Positions 51,988-64,000 of a stretch of DNA of 64,000 nt are shown here, in pieces. Made by a program: the position numbers and the translations under genes. The stretch covers positions 11,656,001 to 11,720,000 of the forward strand of contig OX597825.1 of NCBI GenBank assembly GCA_951406725.2. Direction: 5' to 3'. This DNA is from Octopus vulgaris. Taxonomy: Eukaryota. Position 1 is the stretch's first letter. The number at the start of each line of letters is the position of its first letter. The notes below the pieces were generated by a model. That model was given only the letters and a program-made list of their open reading frames with translations, did not search any database and was not told the origin of the DNA.

Positions 51988-54900
51988 GAAGAAGAAGAAG
52001 AAGAAGAAGAAGAACTAGTTGAATTGTTAGAAGAGAACATCTGTCAGAAACTACATTGATATCAACAATTGTATATGTATATACATGTGTATGTGTGTGT
52101 GTGCGTGAAAGAAAGAGAGTGTGTGTCTTTGTGCGTGTGTGAATGTCTCTGTGTGCGTGTGTGCACGTTTTCAAGTAGATGGATGCAGAAACACGTGTGC
52201 TACCAACAGACATTTATACGCGTAGAAAAGCACAAGCAGATTGCTGCATACATATGTTGCGCTGTACCAGAAAAAAAGGCCTAAACGTACAAGTTAAAGG
52301 TTTCCAAATACATACTACGTACAACATAAATACAGATGAAATTTCACACTCAGATGCGTTTTGTTTCAACAGTATGTACCAATGATATGAATATACAAAT
52401 GCGTATAATCTCACGCTTTTCCTCAAATGTAATTTGATTAAAAGTTCCATGATTCTCTTTGTCCTTGCGCATGTCAAGTTTTATTTGTCAGACAGTTTCC
52501 ATTCATATGCATTCATTTGTTATAATTGATTTACGAATATCCAACAGAACGGAATATCATACTGGAACCGTTATTATTGTCACACAATTATTGTCAGTCT
52601 TCGAAACCCAAGGGATGTTCTTTAAGTTTCTCAAAGCCAAACAATATTCATTGGCAAATTCTAGATTACCATATACAAGCATACATACATACATACATAC
52701 ATTCGTTCATACATACATTCATACATATAACCTTATACGAAACCAATCAAAGATATGCATGTGTGTATGTGTGCCTCGCTGTGTGTGTATGTTTATGAAT
52801 GTTTATGCGTGTGTATATAATCCAGTCTATAACATTTGTTATATTGATTCACACTTGCGAATTCAATTGTTATTCGTAGATTCTCTTCAACGCAACATAC
52901 TTCGCTGGCTTGTCATCGAAAATAACTCCGTAAGGATTTGTTAACAGAGACAAGAACGAAACATTACATAAAACACGGCAGAATAATACGGCGTATTGAA
53001 TGATTAAATGGCCGATGTTGGCAGCATGCTTTCATCGAATTCCCTTATAAACAGGTTTATAGTTGTTAGCGTGATGCGTATATGCTTATCGTTCCTATCA
53101 CCAAATATGCAATTGGCATCTCATCTTCAAGTGATCTACAATATTGAATTTACAAATCGGTAATGTGTTTCAACTTATATGCGTATGTGTTAAACCTTTC
53201 TCATAGTACACTATGCATGGTGCACATACTGGACAGTTGTGAGTGCAATAATCCATTAGTCAATTGGTGTAGTACACTGGTCATTGTCTTTATGTTGTGC
53301 ATTTAGGAGAAAAAGCAATCTTACAGAGCATGACAACGTCCAGTTTAATCTCTAGGGAAACCCAATAGAAAACATGAGTAACATTCTAAAATTACGAATT
53401 TTCCGTCTTGTTACAGATGGTAATTTTGTGTTGTTTTTCTCTATTTGCACTTTGCTGCACGGGTTATTTGAGCGTTTTATATACTGGCAATAAAACAACA
53501 GAAAACTGGCAAGAGGATAAGAATGGTCACATATTTGGCCAGAAGTTTGACAACCTATCAAATACCAGGCAATGACACTATTAAGAGCGACAACCTATTA
53601 ACGGTATTGTTGTGATACTGAAAATGGATTTTCCTTACTTTGAGACAGAATTTTGTTTATGCTGTGGCGTAAAGTAAAGCGTCGAGCAGACAGAATCATT
53701 AGAGCGTTCGACAAATGGTTAACGGCATTTCTTCCAGCTCTTTATGCATTCTGAGTTCAAGTCCAGCTGAGGCCAAATTTGTCTTTCACACCTTAGCTAA
53801 AATAAGGTACCACTCAAGTGGCCCCCTTCTCTCAAAATTGCTTGCTTTGAAGTCTTCAGCCGATTGGTGTTTCGTTCAAGCGAATGTTGTAATCGCAGTC
53901 TGTTATATGCCATGGAAACCGGGTAATCCGTTTTATGAGGCTTAGTGTTCGAAAAAACATAGGTCGGCTTAAAATAGGAAATCCAATTCCTTTTCTACTT
54001 TCTCTATAAATTAGTACTGGTATATTATCAATGCTGTAAAATGTGATTTAGACGCCATTTTTGTACTCTGTTCGTCTTGTATCGTATAAATCCGTAACAA
54101 CATTGCAGATATAAATTGTACCTGTTAATATATGCATCGGAATGAATCTGATCTAGATATCTCTTACAAATTTGTTTTTGTTTTTTATTTGGAATAGCTC
54201 TAAGGCCAAAATAATAATAATAAGGCCAATCAATAAAATATATCCTAATCCTGAATATGACTGTAAATGCTGTATTTATAGTGGAGCAATGTATGTTTTC
54301 TATTTGCCTTAAATGTTACTGAGAAAGCGTTAAGCATGAGAAGGGAACAATTTAAAAGCAATTATCAATTTAAATGATTCCTCGTTGGAGAAATCATAGA
54401 AACTTTTATGAACGATACAAAAGTTTGAAGAACTCAACATAGATTTAAATCCACTTCGAATACATATTGCACATAAAACTATGCTGATGAGAAATACATA
54501 TCGAAAAGTATTAAGAGGGAACTCTACACATAAGTGGCATACACATACATAGAATATATAATTGTAATTTCTATTTTGCTTCAAGCTTGATACTGAACGT
54601 AACTAGTTTATAATTGTCTTGATGCATAAAAATGAGCAACAACTCAGCAATAAGATGAAGAACTGAATGACGTATATAACATTTATTTATTAAATAATCA
54701 TTCTTTAAGACTTGTTTGTATTTCAAAGAATATAGAAATATGGGATCAAATCCGCGTCGAACATTAATTTGACGATTCAAGGAAAAACACATTTTGATCT
54801 TTTAGAAAAATCATTTTAACACCTCTTCATTCTAAACACTTTGACTGATGCTAGGTTGTGTAAACGTGACCGTTATAATCTTGAAAGTGCATATATAACG

Positions 54901-57181
54901 ATAGTGTAATGCAATTAATAACAATTTATTTGTAGAATGACTCAAGTATAATTTGCATTATAACGCGTTGGAAGGAAGTGAAGACACTGAATATCTCGAC
55001 GTCAAGAAAATCAACATTATCAACAATACCGTATCATGAAGCCATTATCCAATGAAATTGCTGAGTGACAGTAACTTAAGATTGTAGACAGACTGCGTTG
55101 CAGTACTTCCTTTCAGTAATGTTATTTCATACGCTTTATCAAAGTTGGATCGTTTCTCTTTGCATTGCTATGAAGAGGATAATGTAAATAACTGCCATTG
55201 AAGTCATAGGGTCATTCGATATGCAATAGCAAACAAAATTTCATGTGACGATCTTAAGAAATACAATAAACAAGACATAATAGATTATTTTTGAGATAAA
55301 ATCCCGGATTAAATAGGGTGGTAATAGCTAGAATGCTTTTAATCAGAGATTTCTTTCAACAAAGCCTACTTGGGACTATATAACTCACCCACACCATCCT
55401 TTTGAATGCAACGCTCTCACCTGTACATTTTTCTTTGGTTCTTATGTTTAGATGAGAAATCTATTTTTATTGTTAGTGTTGACCGGTTTTAAGTCAACTC
55501 TGGTCAAACTAAGTGGTGGTCAAATCCGCTACTGCTAAGGTTATGTCGGATTAGATTATCTGTAGTATTCATTTATCGGTTTTTGATTGTTGGTAGACTG
55601 AGTGAGTAAGATTTGGGGAATGGTATTTCTCACTCGACATGCTCCCACATAGGGGAACCCCAGATAGCTCTTGAGAAACCATTAAGTGGAATTATGTTTC
55701 TGATGCAAAATCCATACAATAGAAATTTTGGTTTTGTAACAGAGACGTATACTATATTTTGGCTCCTAGAAATTATACTGTCTGATACTTATTGATAAAA
55801 AACAGCACAGTAGTGAAGTTCTTTATTCCTATGAATATATTCATAGTATATATTCATAGACTCATGCACGCATATGTATACATTATCTTTAGTTCTGTTG
55901 GTTACCCATAACACACTTCTCAAGGAGACATATTCAAAGGGAGGAATGGTTTTAGTCAGTGGCATTCCGGCCAGATCCCAGGCGGGTAAGGGGTACACGG
56001 TAACCCGTTTCTGGCTCCACATGGATACAGCCTAGACATAACTGTTAAAGAGAAATCACAGGCTGATTCTTCTCCATTAACCAGTAACTCCGCAACGGTA
56101 AACAAAGCAGGAAAAGAACCTCTCGTGTTTTTCTGCTGGCGTCTACCAGCATATTTTGAATGATTTATGCTGGCGGATGAGGGAAATGTCAGACTGACTG
56201 GCTACGAAGATAGGATTCAAGTATATTTTAGAATCTGTGGCTGTCCATTCCACTTTCATTTGTAGATCCTACATGTCTTCATTCTTCATGTGCTGCAGAG
56301 GAAGTTCTGGAAATCAAAAAGCGTGGGTCATCTGGCAAGTCGTGACCCACATCATTCAAATCCATGGCATCGACTTTCTTCCGTTGTACGACTTTGAATT
56401 TCCTGTTTCTAATGCTCGCCTTACTTTTCTGCACCTTATATCTATGCTTAAACCAAGTTTCATAACATCATAAAAACTTTTATCTCCATGCGTGTTGAAT
56501 GATCAATGTTTAAATAGAACATCGACAATTCTCCTTGATACGAAATGATGTAAGGCGGGCGAGATGAGTTAAGTCTATTTTAAGGTTAGCGGGGTTAATA
56601 CAAGACTAGCTTCATTAAAAAATTATTCAATTTAAATTTAGTACATACTACATTCTTCAGCTGTACACTCCATATTTTGTGAAAAGATATGCAAACTTTA
56701 AAATATATTTACTTTCATTCATCCACATCATTTCGTAATTCAGGATACACAATATTTCAAAATAGTTAAAGAGAAAGAAGTCATGTTTCTCCATTTACAG
56801 TTTAACTTGCCGTTGGTCTGATAGCAGCAAATTATGTATATATATATAGGGAGAGAGAAGGATAAGTTTTTTAACTGCTCTTCTTCCTGTCTCTATGTCT
56901 CTCTATATGTACATAATTTGTATATACACATGCATATATGCGTATGCATGTTTGTATCTATATTTAGAGGTGTATAAGATGATAGCATAATAGTATAGAC
57001 TGCGTCACTTTATGTCCCATTGCTTCAGGCTCGAATAGTATAGGGAATAAATTAACCACCTTACTGACGAAGTATGTATTGGGATCTATATGATGAACTA
57101 AGGTGAAAGTGTTCTTTCATTATGGTAGCGGTTTTATGACTGAAAACAATTTTCTCATCACCTTAACTACTTGTTGTTTGT

Positions 57182-57406
57182 TTCTTCTCGAGCCACGCCT
57201 GGCTCATAAGGGCCAGTTTCCCGGTTTCCTTGACGTATAGGTTCTCCACCTGGACGGGACGCAGAAGTTCGCCATTACCTTCTGCCGGATCCGCGCGGAG
57301 CTTATGTATTTCGCTCATAAATATACACATCACTCGGTCTGAGATTCGAACCCGCGATCCCTCGACCACGAGTCCACTGCTCTGACCACCAGGCCATGTG
57401 TCTCCA
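57182..57406 (-). mobile_element. SINE family C copy
   Basis: Matches 36592-36866. Confidence 0.82.
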
Positions 57407-59447
57407 GACTTAACAACTTGCTATGCTCGTATTTTTTATTTTTCATTTTCATGTCGTCGATGCAAGAGTTTGCGTTGACAACCTCTGTCAAAATTACAGC
57501 GCTTTGTAATAATATATCTGATATCTTGCTTCCTAGACAACAACGTGTAACCTGTGTCTTCCCTAAGGTCCCGAAATATCTCTCACCCACGGTATCTTCT
57601 CCTAGAACTCTAAAATTTAGATAAACCTTCAAATTTTATTGCTTTATTCTAATTTTCAACAGTTTAACTTCCCAGTTGCTAACTCACTCTAAAACTCTGT
57701 ATTTGTGTCCATGTGGTCTCTTTATTATTTAAGCCTATTTTTGGTATTAAGTACATATTTTATATTATTGTTACATTCAGTATTATTTCCGTTGTCTAAA
57801 ATCAATATTATTTATTCTCTGGCTCTGCAAAAGCTATCTTTAATAAGGCAGTATGTGTTTTCAATTTCATTAATTTTGCGAATATTCATAAACTTCTAAT
57901 AAATGGTTTATTAATTATATACATTAACAACTTAGCCAGCCAACTCACTTACAAGGGGTTTTAAATAAAGAATACTTTCTATGTGTAATTATAAAGCAAA
58001 TTACGTTCTTAAATGGATGCGAGATTAACCGTACAGTAGATTTTCACAGAAGCAATAATGCCATTAGACATGAACCACTGAAATTAAGATATTTGTTCGA
58101 GGGTAGACATTAAGAGCATACTATCTAATTAAGCTACTTTTTGAAAAGATACTCTTGAAATATATGAAACTTGTTAAGGTAAATCTCGCATTAATTAATA
58201 ATTTAATTAATAAATTAATAAATTAATTTACAGTATCGTGCCGTCGGATAAATGATCAAAACTTAGGATTTATTTCGCGGCATGTCTTTTTTGGTTAAAC
58301 AGAAGCATTCATTCAAATATCCTGTTTTTAAATCTTCTACGTCTGGGAAATATAAACGAAGTAAAGCAGTAATTATTAGAAAACCCGTGAGACATTACTT
58401 AAATACAAGTAAACATCAACTATTGAAACACGTATCGTAGACATATCGGATGTCGTCTACTTTCACACAATCGAGATTAAATTTTCGTGGATATTTTACA
58501 AAATCTTATTTGGTTTCCAACGTCTGACTAATGCGATTAAGCGGATAGGATAAAAATACGAGATATGAGCTGCGCTAAAATTGGATTAATATTTAGCGAC
58601 ATATTTAAAATATCTCATGATAGACAACACATTAAAACATTTCGTGAATAAACTGCTGCGTTTTTAAACATCATTCTATTATATTTAAAATTCCGCTAGG
58701 TTTAGACTACATAGCTAGCATGAATTTGTGTTTAACACATTCAAGTTACTAGGCTTGACATTAAAACTGGAAACTAAAGTTTACATATCTTTCAGATGAA
58801 ACCATGCGTGACACATTTCAGGAAGAAGGCTTCTAATAATATACAAATTTGTTTATAATGAAATATACTTCAAAATAATTGTGGCAATATTTTAAGATCA
58901 GTTATATACTAGATGTTTAACCAAGATATTAAAAATTATTTACTATTTCAGATAAATATATCACTTCATATGAAAGATTTATGAAGATAAATTACAGAAA
59001 AGGTAACTTATTATTCGGTTGCATATTATTATATCAGTACAGATTGTGTTTAGACATTTATACAGTTATTCTACGACGCTCTGCGTATGTAAGGATTTCA
59101 ATAATTTAACTATGCAAAGAAATAAAGCCCATGGTAACTGGCTGAGAAATAAGTACTTTAAATTAAGAACAGTATACAGGCATACGTATACATATACATA
59201 CATACATAATTACATACACTCACATATATTCGAATTTGTGTATATATATGTATGAAATTATATAGCAGTCGAATAATGTTACAGCATGGTCTGGTTATCA
59301 CGTTTGTTTATTATTACATTCTTTTTACAATGTTGAAGTGTGTTAAACATTAAAAAATATATTTAGTAATGTTCATAAAGTTCAATTAGCGCTTTCATAC
59401 GTTCGTAGTAATCATCAGATTTCAAAATGTATTCACTGACTGTTGAG

Positions 59448-59658
59448 TTGAGTTCTTGACAACTGTAGTAAAATGACTGACTTGTTTCGTTTTAAACCTT
59501 TTAGAGCTATCCGACAAGATGCATTTTTCGAATATGGTTTTGACCAATCAGCATGCAGCTGATTCCACCCGTATTCTAAAAATGCCACTTGTCAGAGCCC
59601 TCTAAAAGGTATAAAAAGGAACAAGTCAGTCATTTTACTACAGGTGTCAAGAACTCAA
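59448..59658. repeat. 211-bp imperfect palindrome (fold-back/MITE)
   Basis: TTGAGTTCTTGACA.CTGTAGTAAAATGACTGACTTGTT...AACAAGTCAGTCATTTTACTACAG.TGTCAAGAACTCAA, with centre AATCAGC-ATGCA-GCTGATT. Confidence 0.9.
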
Positions 59659-60095
59659 AACAGCGTTGCTTAACATCTCCTCTCATGTTTCTTCTGGAAA
59701 TATAAAGAATGCAACGTCACATCTACAGGCGTATCAGTAAAAACATTTCTGCAAGTTATAATGTTAATCAAGCATCAATCAAATTATGGGTCTTTGTAGA
59801 TACCTGTAAAAAAATATTGACAATATTGGCAGAAATGGTAGCCGCCTCTGTACATCCACCCTCACTTCCCAGTTGGTTGTGCTTTGCTCTTCAGAAGCAG
59901 GAGTTGGCGAGTAAATATCTGATCTACAACAGAGATACAGATGTCCCTAAACGTTGTGATAGGAAATGTTTAATTTACCATCACAGTGGAAAATGTATTT
60001 CATATCGCCCATAGCTCGACAAACACGTCCACAATATACTACCTTTCGATGCGATATTATAAATACATCAAGCCAGTCTATCTCTGTCTCTCTCT

Positions 60096-60155
<60 letters not shown>

Positions 60156-60244
60156 GTGTGAGTGTGGTTGAATATACAAGGAAAGAGAGAAGATGAAATT
60201 ACACAGAAGATTTGTTTTACACGACTAAAGAATATATGAGAAAC

Positions 60245-61060
60245 ATCAAACTTGCAAGAAGAATTTGCATCATAGTGTCTGAAAAAAGATATCAGAGAAC
60301 TAAGATTGCGAGAGCTTAAAAACATGCTCTAGGATAGGCAGTACCCAATTTAACTAATAAATGATGGGATTAAACGTGCGAAATCGAGTGACATAAAAAC
60401 ATTCAGAAAAGTCGAACGCAATAATGCACCAACTCTGAAAGTACTATTTTATGTCTCCACATAAAACCCCAGAAACAAAGAAGCGTTCAAGATCATTGTC
60501 CAAAATCTCCCAATACTCCATAAGGACCCAAAACCTAAGGAAATTGTACGTAACCATAAAATCATTCAAAGCAGTAAACAACTAAAGACATTAAAGAAGA
60601 TCCTCACAAATGCTATATTATTTTCAAGAATAATGGACGCAAGAGTAAAAAAAATGTGGTCGTTCTAACTGCGAAACATGTCCCAATCTTTTGAAAGGAT
60701 CAGAATTCCATTTTAGACAAAGGCAAATATTCAAAATTAAATCCAACTTCCTTTGCACCGCTGAAGATCACATTCATGTAATCCGATGCTCGGGCATCCA
60801 TATAAACTATATAGGGTGTACAAGAATATCTATCAGACGAAAATGTAAAGTCCACAGGGAACAGATATCTTCCCCGCAATATCACCAAATATATCTCAGT
60901 GAACACATTGACAGATGTGCAGAACAACTGCAACCACAATTCCTAATCTTCCCATTATAACAATTTGCTGTTTGGACCTCAACACAGATGTAACTAAGTA
61001 AAGAGGTCTCATTTAACGGAAAATATAAACCAGAATAAAATGTAAACTCATATTGAAAAG
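60245..61060 (+). mobile_element. Penelope-like element pseudogene (RT thumb region plus GIY-YIG endonuclease)
   Basis: LARRICIIVSE...RLRELKNML*DRQYP...YVST*NP...KCGRSNCETCP...FLCTAEDHIHVIRCSGIHINYIGCT...HREQI...SEHIDRC, with several stops and frameshifts. Confidence 0.85.
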
Positions 61061-61382
61061 TAAAGATTTACCCCATCCATTAAATATAATATTGATATAA
61101 GCGAGATTCAAATACAAATCTATACTAAAAATTACAGATTTTCGTCCCCTTTCCTGAAAAATACCTTTTTTACCAATTTTCCCCCCAAGCAAACAAAATC
61201 CCTTCTGAATTATATTCAGCCCACAAACTTTAAAAAGCGTTGCCTAAACAGGTTATCAATTATGTTGGAAGAAGAAAATTTTATATTTTGTAAAATATTA
61301 TATTAACTTTTGCTATGATGATTTTAATACATTTTTTAGTCGTGTTAGATAAATCTTCTGTGTTTCTTCGTTTCCTCCCATT

Positions 61383-61448
<66 letters not shown>

Positions 61449-63137
61449 ATACATATATATTCTTGTCAGACATATACGGCGTAATTTAATGGATGTATAT
61501 GTTTTTTATTTATATTCCATAAATATATATTCCTACCACTCACCTTCAAAAGATTTCGTTTCATGCAGTTTAAACTCTGGAATCATTACTAAGTTTAAGA
61601 TAAGTTTCCATATCACAGATATCTTTCAGCTGTCTTTGTACATTCGAAATACGATTTCCCGTAAAAAAAAAAGATAATTGTTTTGAATGATAAGTGTCGA
61701 AAATATCATTTATAATGTATAAGGAATATAAGGCATGAAATTCGATTTAAATATGAATGTATTCATGGAACTTGTTACATCAGACATCATACATGAAAGG
61801 ATTTCGTCTGGTGACTTCGGAGTTAGTAGACAATATTATTTTCTGTGTATTTGTTTCTGAATGTAAAAACAAAAAAAAACAAACAGTAGTTGATAATTAA
61901 ATGAGGAGACGTCAACAAAAAAACAAAACTTGGAAGAGTAATACCAATAGAAATCAATAAAAGATATCAGATGAAATATTAAACAAAACTCCGAGAGCAA
62001 TTATGCCGGAATAACTCAATGCTTGTTTTTCATGTAATATGTATAATCTAATTGGTTCTGCAATTTAGACGTAATTACGTCATTTGTAATTCTAGACAAA
62101 ATCCATCACATATTGTACTTGTGCAACCAACCACAAAACACGTGTTTGCGTAGACGGATATATGATTCCGCTCCAAAGCTATTACATGACATCAACGAAT
62201 CATTCAATATTTAAAATTGCCTTGGACACACCAGAACATCATAACATGTATAGAGGTTAATCGCTGTATATTTTCACACGTGTATTACATATGAAAGTAT
62301 GCAATTAACCTTCGTATTATATACAGGAATTTTTGTCCAACAGTAATGAAATCCTTTATATTAATAATAAATATTAACGGATAAAGAATGCTCGAATTAC
62401 AATACAATATCAGTCTCATCGCAAGTTTTTTTTTCCATTTTATCCTCTGAAGTTTACAAAAAAGCAAAACAAAACGAAATCAACTCTCTCGCCTCCCTCA
62501 AAGACAATTTGGCAACAGTTATTCACATACATACCAAAAAATGAAAAAAAAAAAAAATCATCAGCACAAAACATACGGAAAGCTCACAAATAAAATAACA
62601 TACCGCCATCAAAACACAAGGACAAAAGCAAAACTGGAAGGTGGCGGCGTAATGACTTTGGTTTGATAAATACCTCTTTTACTGAGTTGCTGTTTTCTAT
62701 ATAGTTTAGAGCTGTTTGGAGTTACAGTATAGACACAAAAGGAAGGCGGAATCCATTTTTAGTCTCGTAAGAGAATAGTTAACGTTTTCCATTGCTAAAT
62801 ACCATTCATCACTGATTTTAAAGGCAAACACATAAAACACATACACACGAGTACATGCTTACATATGCACACATATTTACACATATGCTTACGACATAAG
62901 AATTTTGAAATTTTGGTAGACGTGAAATCGTTTTGAATAATGAACCTGGAAGAAGAGAAAGCTATAATCACATATTAAGCTATAAAAAACTTCGAATAGA
63001 AAAAGTTTAAGACTGCCACTGCAACTGGAAACCATCTACTTTATCCAAACTTTTCTACGAAGAGATTTTTCTAAAACAAAACACTGCGTCGTGCATTTTA
63101 ACGTTACATATAGATTAGGAACAAAACATAGATGCCA

Positions 63138-63378
<241 letters not shown>

Positions 63379-63389
63379 GGTATACTATG

Positions 63390-63546
63390 GGAGCAGGCGT
63401 GGCTGCGTGAGAAGTTTATTTCCCTACCATATGGTTCCGGGTTCAGTCGCAATGCACAGCGTCTTGGGCAAGTGTCTTTTAATATTGGTTCAGGCAGACC
63501 GGAGGCTTGTGAATAGAATTGTTTGACGGAAGCTGAAAGAAGCCCG

Positions 63547-63637
<91 letters not shown>

Positions 63638-63910
63638 TGTATGTATGTATGTATGTATGCATGAATATATGTATGTGTATAGCTATATCTTTGTGTGGGT
63701 GTGTATGTGTTAGAGTCCGTCTTTATCCTCCACCACTGTTTAGAAACCAGTGCTGAAAACCAACCACGTAACGTGGCGCTACGGCGTCAGAGACAGGCAG
63801 AATAAGTACCATGTTTTTAAACCTATATATACTGGGGTCAATTCTTTCGAATAAAGATCTTCATGGCGCGGCCCCAGCATGGCGCAGCCTGGTAACTGAA
63901 ACAAATTAAA
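63390..63910 (+). mobile_element. SINE family B copy (diverged)
   Basis: GCAGGCGTGGCTGCGTG...GGTTCCGGGTTCAGTC...CTTGGGCAAGTGTC...GAAAGAAGCCCGTC, matching 28437-28860. Confidence 0.8.
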
Positions 63911-64000
63911 AACGATAAAACTAAAAGAACATGGTAGCAAAGATTTCAATAAGAAGAATTTTATGTAATCTTATAAAATCTCATCCAACAATTTCTGATA

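Noticed and set aside
55880-56480. GC-richer island that could be an exon or a retroelement UTR
   Set aside because: No recognisable protein motif, convincing splice pair or second copy in the window.

Overview
AT-rich, repeat-dense eukaryotic DNA with no intact protein-coding gene that I can support. The SINE families and microsatellite load look like an octopus (coleoid cephalopod) genome, intronic or intergenic; this is inference. It holds about 30 copies of three or four tRNA-derived SINE families and decayed non-LTR retrotransposon pieces: R4/Dong-like pieces nested in (TAA)n arrays, RTE-like pieces, and two Penelope-like GIY-YIG pieces. It also holds mariner and Tc1 transposase relics, mariner MITEs, a Helitron, a Helentron/DINE-like element, long fold-back palindromes and many microsatellites, which explain most ORFs in the track. 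The most interesting signal is a ~353-bp head-to-tail tandem repeat at 49.8-50.5 kb. Each unit carries a minus-strand type I hammerhead ribozyme with a palindromic stem III and compensatory changes between the copies. This is the architecture of a non-LTR retrozyme, which could release a ~353-nt self-cleaved and possibly circular RNA. Another good hammerhead lies at 16.95 kb, and several degenerate ones occur elsewhere. A few exon-like segments on the + strand (28-30 kb, 59 kb) may belong to an unrecognised host transcript. All calls were made by eye and boundaries are approximate.
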